In this document: positions 32,590 to 41,874 of the stretch, piece after piece
How the letters are laid out: the number at the start of each line of letters is the position of its first letter
How positions within the stretch are numbered: the stretch's first letter is position 1
Virus record (IMG/VR): IMGVR_UViG_3300033997_000478
Location: 168,675-232,674 of that record
From: a virus
Length of the DNA stretch: 64,000 bases
Strand: one strand, 5' to 3'
The notes under the pieces: generated by a model
The model's database searches: none
What the model was told of the DNA's origin: nothing
The model's input: only the letters and a program-made list of their open reading frames with translations
Made by a program: the position numbers and the translations under genes

Positions 32590-32844
32590 ATGGATGAACA
32601 GCTGATCGACCACAGCAACAAGCGCGTGACGCCGGGCGTGTACAAGCACTACAAACGTGGCCGCTTCGTCGTGCTGGGCGTTGCCAAGAACTGCAAGACC
32701 AACGAAGAGGTCGTGGTCTTCTACAACGAGGAAGACATGTCCTCGATGTGGATTCGCCCGGTCGAGGAGTTCCTGAGCACGGCCGAGCTGGACGGTGATC
32801 AGGTGGTCCGCTTCGTCAAGGTCGACCACGTCCTGCGCGACTGA
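32590..32844 (+). CDS. DUF1653-like small protein
   Basis: GVYKHYKRGRFVVLGVAKNCKTNEEVVVFYNEEDMSSMWIRPVEEF matches the DUF1653 pattern (YxHYKG..Y.VLGVA....E..VVY......WVRP...F). Confidence 0.5.
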   Translation: MDEQLIDHSNKRVTPGVYKHYKRGRFVVLGVAKNCKTNEEVVVFYNEEDMSSMWIRPVEEFLSTAELDGDQVVRFVKVDHVLRD

Positions 32845-32908
32845 GTGTGATCGTATGTGGGGAGGATGGTCCTCCCCACTGCGCTGTAAGAACCCTAGGG
32901 GAATTAGG

Positions 32909-33307
32909 ATGAAAGTGCGACGCAGGGGATTGTTCCAGAGCTTGGTGTTTGTCATCGCATGGCGGTTGAACGCCTTGCGCCAGAAGTACTTCTCACCGGA
33001 CGTACCGCCGGTGGTCCAGATCCCGCGGGAGATCCTTCCGCTGACGTATCTGGGTTCGGTGATCATGCAGTACTGCGCCTTCACCAACCGTGAGCCGGAG
33101 GAGCTGAAAGCTTCTGCCAAGCTGACCCAGTTGGTCGAACGCGGCACCGGTGACCACGAGCTGCACAGCACGCTGCTGGAGATGTTTATCCACGGCTCTT
33201 ACGTCACCTCGACGTTTGACTGGCTGGTCAGTATCGGCGATGCCAAACACGAAGAGCGGGAGGCGTTCTTTAAGTTCGCCACGATCTCACCTGTAATCCC
33301 GACCTAA
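32909..33307 (+). CDS. hypothetical protein
   Basis: RBS taggggaattaggATG. Terminator downstream. Confidence 0.45.
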   Translation: MKVRRRGLFQSLVFVIAWRLNALRQKYFSPDVPPVVQIPREILPLTYLGSVIMQYCAFTNREPEELKASAKLTQLVERGTGDHELHSTLLEMFIHGSYVTSTFDWLVSIGDAKHEEREAFFKFATISPVIPT

Positions 33308-33311
33308 CCAT

Positions 33312-33336
33312 CCCCGCCTTCGGGCGGGGTTTTATT
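33312..33336 (+). terminator. intrinsic terminator (ccccgcc-ttcg-ggcgggg + ttttattc)
   Basis: Perfect 7-bp stem, TTCG loop. Confidence 0.65.
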
Positions 33337-33350
33337 CGCATGGAGAAGTT

Positions 33351-33911
33351 ATGGCGCGTGAAGAAAATGCGTTGATGTTTCGTCTGCAAGTGCGACTGAA
33401 ATCGGACACTCCGGACTTTGTAATTCAGACGCTACGTCTGATGGTGGGGCAGCGTGCAGTGCAGCCGCCCAAGCACCCGCCCGAACATGCTTTTGGCCGT
33501 TTGCCGGGATGGTACAACCTGCTGCGTAATCTGAGCACGCGTACGCAGCGCTTTGCCTCCCACGAAACGGGCGGCAGTGGGAAGTTCAGCCAGTTGAAGT
33601 ACACGTCGGGTTCATCCACCTTGCGTGAGTACAGTGGTTACTACGAACTCAAGGCAATTGGTGTCAGTAGTGCTGAAGAGCAGGATTTCGGTCTGTTCCT
33701 GGCATGGCTCTCGCCCTACTTGGTGCGTGCTGAGGGCGATCAGTGGTTGGCGCTGGTGCAAGCCTATGCCTTCTACACCCCGAAGGCAGGTCGTCGTAGG
33801 ACCAAAGCAGGACTGATCAAGTTGTATAGTCATCCGGTGAAAGGTGGTAGCTATCCGACCCTACATTACCGCGTTGGTCGTTTGCCGGATCTGGTCAAGC
33901 ACATCTTGTGA
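33351..33911 (+). CDS. hypothetical protein
   Basis: RBS tggagaagttATG. Confidence 0.5.
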   Translation: MAREENALMFRLQVRLKSDTPDFVIQTLRLMVGQRAVQPPKHPPEHAFGRLPGWYNLLRNLSTRTQRFASHETGGSGKFSQLKYTSGSSTLREYSGYYELKAIGVSSAEEQDFGLFLAWLSPYLVRAEGDQWLALVQAYAFYTPKAGRRRTKAGLIKLYSHPVKGGSYPTLHYRVGRLPDLVKHIL

Positions 33912-33933
33912 GACCCTCGTTCAAGGACACCCC

Positions 33934-34245
33934 ATGTACGGCACCGCCGACAACAAGAAGAGCTTCCATCTGCGGATGGGGCCAGTAACGCTGCACTCCC
34001 TCCCGCCCAAGGACGTTGCAGTTCGCGTCCACATCTGTCCGGAGACCAACGTGCTGTTGGTGTTGGGCCGCGATAAGGGTGAGTGGACGGAGAAGCACTT
34101 GATGGCTGCGCAGTTCATCGCCGACCTGGCTGAGTACATGAAGCAGCGCGCCTTCACCGGGCACTTCTATCTCGGCGGCGCTGAGTACCTGCGCGTCAAC
34201 CAACGCTACACCCGTTCGACCCCGCGCGCCCGCGCACCTCTGTGA
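33934..34245 (+). CDS. hypothetical protein
   Basis: RBS caaggacaccccATG. Confidence 0.45.
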   Translation: MYGTADNKKSFHLRMGPVTLHSLPPKDVAVRVHICPETNVLLVLGRDKGEWTEKHLMAAQFIADLAEYMKQRAFTGHFYLGGAEYLRVNQRYTRSTPRARAPL

Positions 34246-34255
34246 CGGCACATAG

Positions 34256-34302
34256 CCCCTCCCCCAAACGGGGAGGGGTTTATGCGACGTCTTTCTTTTT
34301 TG
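34256..34302 (+). terminator. intrinsic terminator (cccctcccc-caaac-ggggagggg + tttatgcgacgtctttcttttttg)
   Basis: 9-bp stem, T-run. Confidence 0.7.
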
Positions 34303-34354
34303 CCTTAATACTGTGGAGAGCACCATTCCTTCCCACACTCAGGGTTTTAACCCC

Positions 34355-35143
34355 ATGGCAAAGAACGCACAGAAGTCTGATCGTCGCAGCGGTAAGCGTG
34401 CTCGTCGTCAAGAAGAGACCGGCTCCAACGTGATCCCGTTCACTGTCAGCGCCAAATCCGACAAGCGCCACCGCGAAGAGTCCACTCGTCGACTCATCGC
34501 CAAGCCGCTAGTGTGCAAGGGCGACACCCAGCCGAAATACCTGGACGCAATCCGTGGTCATGACCTGACTTTCGGTGTGGGTCCGGCCGGTACGGGTAAG
34601 ACCTACGTGTCCACCAAGTGGGCCGCCATCGAAGTTGACCAGAAGCGCTACCAGCGCCTGATCATCGTTCGCCCCATCGTCGAAGCAGGTGGTGGCCTGG
34701 GCTTCTTGCCCGGTGACATCGCAGAAAAGACCGACCCCTACCAGGAACCGTTCAAGCGCGTGCTGATCGAGCACTGGGGTGAGAGTCATCTGGAAAACCT
34801 GATGCGCGGTGAGGACGCCAAGGTGGTGTTCGTGGCGCCGGAGTTCATTCGTGGCCGCACCTTCGACAATGCCGTGGTGATTCTGGACGAAGCCCAGAAC
34901 ATGACGCCGCTGCAGATGAAGACCTTCCTCACCCGTATCGGTGAGAACTCCAAGGTCATCATCAACGGCGACATCGACCAGGTGGACATCAAGGGGCTGT
35001 CGGGCCTGAAGGACGCCATCGACCGGCTGGAAGGAATGGACGAAGTGGGCATCATCCACTTCACCGAAGAAGACATCGTGCGCAGCAAGCTGGTCAAGGC
35101 CATCCTGATGCGCTACCGCACCCAAGACACCCTCAAGGTGTAA
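34355..35143 (+). CDS. phoH: PhoH-like ATPase
   Basis: Walker A GPAGTGKTY plus the PhoH signature IIVRPIVEAGGGLGFLPGD. Confidence 0.85.
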   Translation: MAKNAQKSDRRSGKRARRQEETGSNVIPFTVSAKSDKRHREESTRRLIAKPLVCKGDTQPKYLDAIRGHDLTFGVGPAGTGKTYVSTKWAAIEVDQKRYQRLIIVRPIVEAGGGLGFLPGDIAEKTDPYQEPFKRVLIEHWGESHLENLMRGEDAKVVFVAPEFIRGRTFDNAVVILDEAQNMTPLQMKTFLTRIGENSKVIINGDIDQVDIKGLSGLKDAIDRLEGMDEVGIIHFTEEDIVRSKLVKAILMRYRTQDTLKV

Positions 35144-35190
35144 GCATAATGCGTACCGCCCCCGCCTTCGGGCGGGGGTTATGCTGCTAA
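35144..35190 (+). terminator. intrinsic terminator with extended stem (gcataa..cccccgcc-ttcg-ggcggggg..ttatgc)
   Basis: 8-bp GC stem with an outer gcataa/ttatgc extension. Confidence 0.7.
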
Positions 35191-35262
35191 GTTTTCAGAC
35201 GACCTCTAATGGTATGCACAGGTCAAAGGACCATGTGCACTCCTGACAATAAAGAGGTTCAA

Positions 35263-36246
35263 ATGAACACCTATAACGAAAGCGCTCACGTAGAAGAACC
35301 GACGGATGCCGTCGAACCAACCATCGCCAAGATCGAAATGGCGTGGGGTTGGAACAACACCACCTGTCGCCAGTTGGTTTTCTTTGAGGGTATCTACGAT
35401 TACTTCCGGCGGCGTGCTTTTGGAAGCGACATCACCGATCCAGTTGAAGCTGACTATTTGGAAGTCAACCGCACGGATCTGCAGGGTTTCCAATTCCTGC
35501 GGTTCAATCGCGCAACTCGAGAACTCCATGGTACGGTCCGTCTGAAGGGTCGCCAACGCCATTCTACCAAGATGGTGGATGTCGATCTGGTCTTCAAGAT
35601 GACCCCCATTCTCTTGGAAATTGAGTATCGCGGTAAAAGCCAACCCGGTACGGTGCTCTGGCAGAAATTCATCGAGGTCGAACGTGGGATTGCTCCACGT
35701 TGGATCAGGGTGATTGACACCACCCCTCGCCGCATGGTTCCCCCCAACATGCTCTCCTTGGACAGTAAGGAACTGGTGTCTACCATCAGCCGCGAACTGT
35801 CCGTCAATGTCATGTTGGACTCAGAGTCCTGCGAAAATCTCAACTTCATCCTCGGCAGCCTTCAGGCTTGGCGGGGGATGCGGGTAATCGATGAGGAGCT
35901 GGCTCTCAGGCATATGGGGGTACTGTCTATCGCTCTGTACGACGCACAGAGTGAACTTAACGCGGAGATCCCCGTTGGTGACGGGACCAAGACCCGCGGG
36001 CACCTTACTCGGAAGGCTGTTTTGCGTATCATGAAGGCGTTGGATCCTTTCACCGAACCGGGGACATCGCCAATGGGGCAGGTGTTTGCCCAAGTGGCGG
36101 GTAGGAAGATGTTGTCCATTCAGTTGGACCCCGACGACCCCAACCCGATCGATACGGTTAGCTTCCTGATTGACGAGCACCGCAAGCGTGAACGTTACCC
36201 TGGCACGATCATGAAAGTGGCAGATCGGAAGAGGGATTGGTCCTAA
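35263..36246 (+). CDS. hypothetical protein
   Basis: RBS aaagagg before ATG 35263. Confidence 0.5.
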   Translation: MNTYNESAHVEEPTDAVEPTIAKIEMAWGWNNTTCRQLVFFEGIYDYFRRRAFGSDITDPVEADYLEVNRTDLQGFQFLRFNRATRELHGTVRLKGRQRHSTKMVDVDLVFKMTPILLEIEYRGKSQPGTVLWQKFIEVERGIAPRWIRVIDTTPRRMVPPNMLSLDSKELVSTISRELSVNVMLDSESCENLNFILGSLQAWRGMRVIDEELALRHMGVLSIALYDAQSELNAEIPVGDGTKTRGHLTRKAVLRIMKALDPFTEPGTSPMGQVFAQVAGRKMLSIQLDPDDPNPIDTVSFLIDEHRKRERYPGTIMKVADRKRDWS

Positions 36247-36258
36247 CCCCATCCATAG

Positions 36259-36287
36259 ACCCGTTCTTCGGAACGGGTTTTATGCTG
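36259..36287 (+). terminator. intrinsic terminator (acccgttc-ttcg-gaacgggt + tttatgctg)
   Basis: 8-bp stem, TTCG loop. Confidence 0.65.
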
Positions 36288-36458
36288 TCGGCGCATCATA
36301 TGTGGGGAAAGAATTCTGTCCCGAAACACACGTCGAGAAGACCCCCTAAGGACTGCTCGACAAGCAAGGTTTGTGCCCTAAGGTGGGTCTGTAAAAAACA
36401 ACCCCCGACCTTGTAGGATATGAAAAAGTCCTCTAAGCCGCAACACGCAATCACCCCC

Positions 36459-36483
36459 ATCAGAGGATACCCGTCCCTCTGAT
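36459..36483 (+). promoter_or_regulatory. leader hairpin / inverted repeat (atcagagg-N9-cctctgat) about 20 nt upstream of the nrdA start
   Basis: 8-bp inverted repeat within the about 210-nt intergenic leader of the RNR operon. Confidence 0.25.
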
Positions 36484-36503
36484 CGTCCAACTCAGGAAAC
36501 AAC

Positions 36504-39269
36504 ATGGAAACTCTGGAAGACCGGACCGCCTACAATGCAGCCATCGCCACCTCGCACGCTCAGCTCAAGGAGCTGATCGCCGCCCATGCGCATGTGCTGG
36601 TCATCTTCAGCCGCGTGACGTGCCCGCACTGCCGCACGCTGGAAGCTGTAATGGCTGAACCGGTGATCCAAGACGCCTTCGCTGCGCGCGATGTGAGCGT
36701 TGTCGAGATCAAGCTGGACAAGGTCGAGCCGGCCGTGGCCGTCGAATACGGTTTGCGTGCAGCGCCGACCCAGGTGTACTTCGTGGAAGGCAAGGAAGTG
36801 GCCCGTGCAACCGGCGCTACCGCCCTGACCGATCTGGTCGGCCTGATCGAAGCCAACTTCTCCAAGCCGGCTGCTGAAGAGAAGCCGCTTGTGGACATCA
36901 AGCCTGATGCGGTCCTTGAAAAGCACCTGGTCAGCGAAGCACAGCCGCAGAAGGCTCCTGAAATGCGCGTGACCAAGCGCAACGGCAAGACCGAGCCGGT
37001 GGACCTGAACAAGATCCTGCGCGCCGTACAGCGCAGCGCAGAAGGCCTGAACGCCGTTGATCCGATGCGCGTGGCCACCCGTACCATCTCCGGCCTGTAC
37101 GACGGCGCCACCACCCGTGAACTGGACGAGCTGTCCATCCGCACCGCCGCCCTGCTGACCGGCGAAGACCCTGAGTATTCCAAGCTGGCTGCGCGCCTGC
37201 AGGCGAACTACATCGCCAAGGAAGTCACCAACCAGCAGATCTACGCGTTCACCCAGTCCATCCAGCTGGGCTTCGATGTCGGCCTGATCAATGAGCGTCT
37301 GCTGAAGTTCGTGCAGGCCAATGCCCGCAAGCTCAACGACACCATCAACATCGAAAACGACAACAACTTCGAGTACTTCGGTCTGCGGACCATGTACGAC
37401 CGCTACCTTCTGCGCCACCCGATCACCCGCAAGGTCATCGAGACCCCGCAGCAGTTCTTCCTGCGTATCGCTTCGGCCCTGGCCACCGACGTCTCCGAAG
37501 CCCAGGCCCTGTACGAGCGCATGGCTGCGCTGGACTACCTGCCGTCCTCGCCGACCCTGTTCAACTCCGGCACCCGCCATGAGCAGATGTCCTCCTGCTT
37601 CCTGCTGGACTCCCCGCAGGACGACCTGGGCGCGATCTACGCCAAGTACGGCGACATCGCTCAGCTGAGCAAGTTCTCCGGCGGTATCGGCGTGGGCTTC
37701 ACCCGCGTACGTGCTCGTGGTTCGCTGATCAAGTCCACCAACGGCCACTCCAACGGCATCGTGCCGTGGCTGAAGACCCTGGACTCCTCCGTGGCCGCCG
37801 TCAACCAGGGCGGCAAGCGCAAGGGCGCTGCTTGCGTCTATCTGGAAACCTGGCATGCCGACGTCGAGGACTTCCTCGAACTGCGTGACAACGTGGGCGA
37901 TGAAGCCCGCCGTACCCACAACCTGAACCTGGCCAACTGGATCCCCGACCTGTTCATGCAGCGCGTGGAAGCTGACCAGCAGTGGTCGCTGTTCGACCCG
38001 AACAAGGTCCCGCACTTCACCGACCTGTACGGTGACGACTTCACCGCCGCCTACGAGCAGGCCGAGCAGCAGGGCCTGTACGAACGCCAGATCTCCGCAC
38101 GCAAGCTGTACGCGCGCATGATGCGCACGCTGGCTGAGACCGGCAATGGCTGGATGAACTTCAAGGACAAGTGCAACAAGGCGTCCAACCAGACCGCCAA
38201 GGCCGGCAACGTCATCCACCTGTCCAACCTGTGCACCGAGATCCTGGAAGTCACCGACAAGGACGAGACGGCCGTGTGCAACCTCGGCTCGATCAACCTG
38301 GGTCACCACGTGGTCAATGGCGAGTTCGACTTCGCCAAGCTGGGTGAGACCGTGCGTCTGGCCATCCGTCAGCTGGACCGGGTGATCGACCTGAACTTCT
38401 ACCCGATCGAATCGGCCCGTCGTTCCAACAGCCGCTGGCGTCCGGTCGGTCTGGGTACGATGGGTCTGCAGGACGTGTTCTTCAAGAAGGGCTACGCCTT
38501 CGACTCCGAAGAAGCCCGCGCCCTGTCCAAGCAGATCGCCGAGACCATCTACTTCTACGCGCTGGAAGCTTCGTGCGAACTGGCTCAGCAGCTGGGCAAG
38601 CACGCCTCCTTCGCCGACACCCGTGCCGCCAAGGGCGAGCTGCAGTTCGACGCGTGGGGCGTGACCCCGAGCGATACCGCCAAGTGGGACGCTCTGCGTG
38701 AGCAGATCAAGCAGCACGGTCTGCGCAATTCGCTGATGATCGCCATCGCCCCCACTGCCACGATCGCCTCGATCGCCGGCTGCTACGAGTGCGTGGAACC
38801 GCAGGTGTCCAACCTGTTCAAGCGCGAGACCCTGTCTGGCGACTTCCTGCAGATCAACAAGTACCTGGTGGCTGACCTGAAGAAGGCCGGCCTGTGGAAT
38901 GCTGGCGTGCGCGACGCCATCAAGCTGGCTGAAGGTTCGATCCAGGGCATCGAGGCCATTCCGGCCGCTCTGCGTCAGACCTATCGCACCGTGTGGGAAC
39001 TGCCGATGCGTTCGCTGATCGACATGGCCGCCGATCGTGGTGCGTTCATCGACCAGTCCGCCTCGCTGAACCTGTTCATGGAAAGCCCGAACATCGGCGC
39101 GATGTCTTCCATGTACATGTACGCTTGGAAGAAGGGTATCAAGACCACCTACTACCTGCGTTCGCGCCCGGCGACCAAGATCGCCAAGACCACCGTGTCG
39201 GCCTACAGCCCGACCGATGCCGTGGCCTGCTCGCTGGAAAACCCGGAAACTTGCGAAGCCTGCACCTGA
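36504..39269 (+). CDS. nrdA: ribonucleoside-diphosphate reductase alpha subunit (class Ia NrdA) with N-terminal thioredoxin-fold domain and ATP-cone
   Basis: N-terminal about 115 aa carry a thioredoxin-fold CxxC (VLVIFSRVTCPHCRTLEAV). The ATP-cone follows (MRVTKRNGKTEPVDLNKILRAV). Catalytic site LSNLCTEI and C-terminal redox pair CEAC are present. Size 921 aa. Confidence 0.9.
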   Translation: METLEDRTAYNAAIATSHAQLKELIAAHAHVLVIFSRVTCPHCRTLEAVMAEPVIQDAFAARDVSVVEIKLDKVEPAVAVEYGLRAAPTQVYFVEGKEVARATGATALTDLVGLIEANFSKPAAEEKPLVDIKPDAVLEKHLVSEAQPQKAPEMRVTKRNGKTEPVDLNKILRAVQRSAEGLNAVDPMRVATRTISGLYDGATTRELDELSIRTAALLTGEDPEYSKLAARLQANYIAKEVTNQQIYAFTQSIQLGFDVGLINERLLKFVQANARKLNDTINIENDNNFEYFGLRTMYDRYLLRHPITRKVIETPQQFFLRIASALATDVSEAQALYERMAALDYLPSSPTLFNSGTRHEQMSSCFLLDSPQDDLGAIYAKYGDIAQLSKFSGGIGVGFTRVRARGSLIKSTNGHSNGIVPWLKTLDSSVAAVNQGGKRKGAACVYLETWHADVEDFLELRDNVGDEARRTHNLNLANWIPDLFMQRVEADQQWSLFDPNKVPHFTDLYGDDFTAAYEQAEQQGLYERQISARKLYARMMRTLAETGNGWMNFKDKCNKASNQTAKAGNVIHLSNLCTEILEVTDKDETAVCNLGSINLGHHVVNGEFDFAKLGETVRLAIRQLDRVIDLNFYPIESARRSNSRWRPVGLGTMGLQDVFFKKGYAFDSEEARALSKQIAETIYFYALEASCELAQQLGKHASFADTRAAKGELQFDAWGVTPSDTAKWDALREQIKQHGLRNSLMIAIAPTATIASIAGCYECVEPQVSNLFKRETLSGDFLQINKYLVADLKKAGLWNAGVRDAIKLAEGSIQGIEAIPAALRQTYRTVWELPMRSLIDMAADRGAFIDQSASLNLFMESPNIGAMSSMYMYAWKKGIKTTYYLRSRPATKIAKTTVSAYSPTDAVACSLENPETCEACT

Positions 39270-39272
39270 TCC

Positions 39273-39800
39273 ATGGAACTGTATCAGCACCCGGTCTTTC
39301 CGGGTGTTCAGGCCACGCGATCCGGTGAGGTCTTCTCGCACGGCAAGCATCTGAGGGGAAGCAACATCAAGTACCCTCAGGTGTTTGTCCGCGATGCGGG
39401 TAAGCTCCAAACCAAGCATCGTCTTGTCTACGAGTGCGTCACCGGTGAGCCATTACCGGAATACGAACGCAAGGGCAACGGGCTTGAACTCAACCACAAA
39501 GACGGCGACACCCGCAATGCCGCCTTCGACAACCTTGAGCTGATCACCCATGGCGAGAATATGCGCCATTCATGGCAGACGCTTGGCAAACGCCAAGCTC
39601 TTGCTCCCGGTGTGCTCAACGCCAGTGCCAAACTGACGGTCCATGACATCCATGTGATCTTCATCGACTGGTACTACGGCGCCACCTATGCGGAACTCGG
39701 GCGACGGTTCGGTGTGCATGAAAGTGCCATCAGTCGAATCATCTCCGGAGAGCAATACCAACGCGAATCCCAGCAGATCCGGGAAGAGCTCGGACTGTAG
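39273..39800 (+). CDS. HNH homing endonuclease (free-standing, between nrdA and nrdB)
   Basis: HNH motif ELNHKDGDTRNAAFDNLELITHGENMRHS, typical of phage HNH_3 homing endonucleases. Confidence 0.75.
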   Translation: MELYQHPVFPGVQATRSGEVFSHGKHLRGSNIKYPQVFVRDAGKLQTKHRLVYECVTGEPLPEYERKGNGLELNHKDGDTRNAAFDNLELITHGENMRHSWQTLGKRQALAPGVLNASAKLTVHDIHVIFIDWYYGATYAELGRRFGVHESAISRIISGEQYQRESQQIREELGL

Positions 39801-39861
39801 TAACTGAGATGGGGGTGCCCGCAACGGCACCCCCTCTTTATCCCCTGACAAGAAGAAGATC

Positions 39862-41856
39862 ATGACGAAGAAAATGTTGCTCGACCCCGGTTTCGAACTG
39901 ACGCTGCGCCCGATGCGCTACCCGCAGTTCTACGACATGTACCGCGACGCGATCAAGAACACCTGGACGGTTGATGAAATCAACTTCCAGCTGGACATCA
40001 GCGACCTGCATGACAAGATGACGCCGGCCGATCGACACCTGATCCACCGCCTGGTTGCGTTCTTCGCCACCGGCGACAGCATCGTCTCCAACAACCTGGT
40101 GCTCAACCTGTACCAGCACCTGAACTCACCTGAAGCGCGCATGTACCTGTCGCGCCAGCTGTACGAAGAAGCCCTGCACGTGCAGTTCTACCTGACCCTG
40201 CTGGACAACTACCTGCCGGATCCGGAACAGCGCAATGCCGCCTTTGCTGCGGTCGAGAACATCCCCTCGATCAAGAAGAAGGCCGACTTCTGCTTCAAGT
40301 GGATCGACTCGATCCAGGACCTGCACAAGCTGGAAACCCGCGAACACCGCCGGCAGTTCCTGCTCAACCAGATCTGCTTTGCCGCGATCATCGAAGGCCT
40401 GTTCTTCTTCGCTGCCTTCGCCTACGTGTACTACTTCCGTTCGCGCGGTCTGCTCTCCGGCCTGGCCAGCGGCACCAACTGGGTGTTCCGCGACGAAAGC
40501 TGTATGCCTGTGGACTCCACGGAGATTTTGACCGATAAGGGCTTTGTGGGCCTGCGTGAGGTCATTGCGCGGGGCGAGGCGGGCGATAGCTTCAACGTTG
40601 CCCAGTACGCCGCTGACGGCACTGTGAGCTTTGTGGAACCGCGCGGTTATGTACTCAAGCCTTTCAACGGTGAGCTGATCCACTGCCGCACTGAGAAGAG
40701 TGTGTCGCTACTGACCACCGATGACCATGACAACGTGACGCGCTCCAAAACCACCGGTGCACTGCGCAAGACTAAAGCGATGGACATGTCGCTTTCTTCG
40801 ACGTCGGAAATGGTCTGCGCCGGCTTCGGCATGGGTCCTGCGGCTACGTTGACTGACATCGAACGCTTTGCTATCGTTTACCAGGCCGATGGCGTTGAGC
40901 GCGTCAATGGTAATGGTGAGCGCAGCGGTACTGTTGGCGTTAAGTTTGGCTTTGCCAAGGAACGCAAGATCCAGCGCTTTGAAGCGCTGTTGGATCGCCT
41001 GCGGTGGGATTACTCCAAGGTCATCAGCTCTCGTGAAAACGAGCGTAACGACCAGGTTGTGTACCGCGTTAAGATGCCTGCCTCGCTGATGGCAATCATC
41101 GACAAGGACTTCTCCTGGGTGACTATGGATCGGATCCATAGCAACTGGGCGCGTGAGTTCATCGAAGAGGTCTCCCATTGGGACAGTTATCTGGCTGAAG
41201 ACCGCACCTGCGTGCAGTACATCAATACCAACGAGGACGCGGTTAACAAGGTACAGGCGGTGGCCGCTCTGGCCGGGTATGCCACCAACCTCTACCGCAA
41301 GACCGACGGCCGTAGCGACAGCTACAACGACGTGTACAACCTGTTTATCAAGCATCGCGATTACGCTGACCTGCATAATGCGGAATTGGTCACCGTACCG
41401 TTCACCGGGGATGTCGGTTGTGTGAACGTACCCACCGGAATGATCATCGTTCGTCAGGACGGTAAGGTTCACGTTACCGGGAACTGCCACATGAACTTCG
41501 CCTTCGAGTCGGTGCGCGTGATCCGTGAAGAAGAGCCGGACCTGTTCGACGCCGAGATGGAAGCGCAGGTGTACCAGATGCTGGAAGAAGGCATCGAGTG
41601 CGAGCTGCAGTTCGCTGAAGACGTCCTCTCCGGCGGCGTGGCTGGCATCTCCACCAACGACATGCGCCAGTACCTGCAGCACTGCGCCGACAACCACTTC
41701 CTGCGCCTGGGCATGAAGAAGAAGTACAACGTCTCCAACCCGCTGCCGTTCATGGAGCTGCAGGACGTCCAGGAACTGACCAACTTCTTCGAGCGCCGCG
41801 TCTCGGCCTACCAGGTCGGCGTGCAAGGCGAAGTTGCCTTCGACATGAACTTCTAA
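39862..41856 (+). CDS. nrdB: ribonucleoside-diphosphate reductase beta subunit (NrdB), intein-containing
   Basis: Extein carries NrdB signatures (EALHVQFY and FRDES|C...). The 664-aa ORF minus a 328-aa insert gives a normal 336-aa NrdB. Confidence 0.85.
   Translation: MTKKMLLDPGFELTLRPMRYPQFYDMYRDAIKNTWTVDEINFQLDISDLHDKMTPADRHLIHRLVAFFATGDSIVSNNLVLNLYQHLNSPEARMYLSRQLYEEALHVQFYLTLLDNYLPDPEQRNAAFAAVENIPSIKKKADFCFKWIDSIQDLHKLETREHRRQFLLNQICFAAIIEGLFFFAAFAYVYYFRSRGLLSGLASGTNWVFRDESCMPVDSTEILTDKGFVGLREVIARGEAGDSFNVAQYAADGTVSFVEPRGYVLKPFNGELIHCRTEKSVSLLTTDDHDNVTRSKTTGALRKTKAMDMSLSSTSEMVCAGFGMGPAATLTDIERFAIVYQADGVERVNGNGERSGTVGVKFGFAKERKIQRFEALLDRLRWDYSKVISSRENERNDQVVYRVKMPASLMAIIDKDFSWVTMDRIHSNWAREFIEEVSHWDSYLAEDRTCVQYINTNEDAVNKVQAVAALAGYATNLYRKTDGRSDSYNDVYNLFIKHRDYADLHNAELVTVPFTGDVGCVNVPTGMIIVRQDGKVHVTGNCHMNFAFESVRVIREEEPDLFDAEMEAQVYQMLEEGIECELQFAEDVLSGGVAGISTNDMRQYLQHCADNHFLRLGMKKKYNVSNPLPFMELQDVQELTNFFERRVSAYQVGVQGEVAFDMNF
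40501..41484 (+). mobile_element. intein inserted in NrdB (Hint domain with probable homing-endonuclease core)
   Basis: Begins with Cys right after RDES (block A CMPVDSTEILT), has block B TDDH, and ends ...VHVTGN followed by Cys +1. Length 328 aa. An internal LAGLIDADG-like segment is FAIVYQADGV. Confidence 0.7.
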
Positions 41857-41874
41857 CCCGCAAGGATCCTGCGC

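Noticed and set aside
36492-39419. 975-aa ORF on the minus strand antisense to nrdA. Similar long antisense ORFs appear at 24138-25808, 6285-7550, 7815-8882, 58832-60310, 56296-57375, 57396-58826 and 40708-41937.
   Set aside because: They overlap strongly supported + strand genes (RNR, RecJ and others). Their products are low-complexity, Arg/Gly/Ala-rich, as expected from stop-codon-poor antisense frames in high-GC DNA. No RBS or domain signatures.
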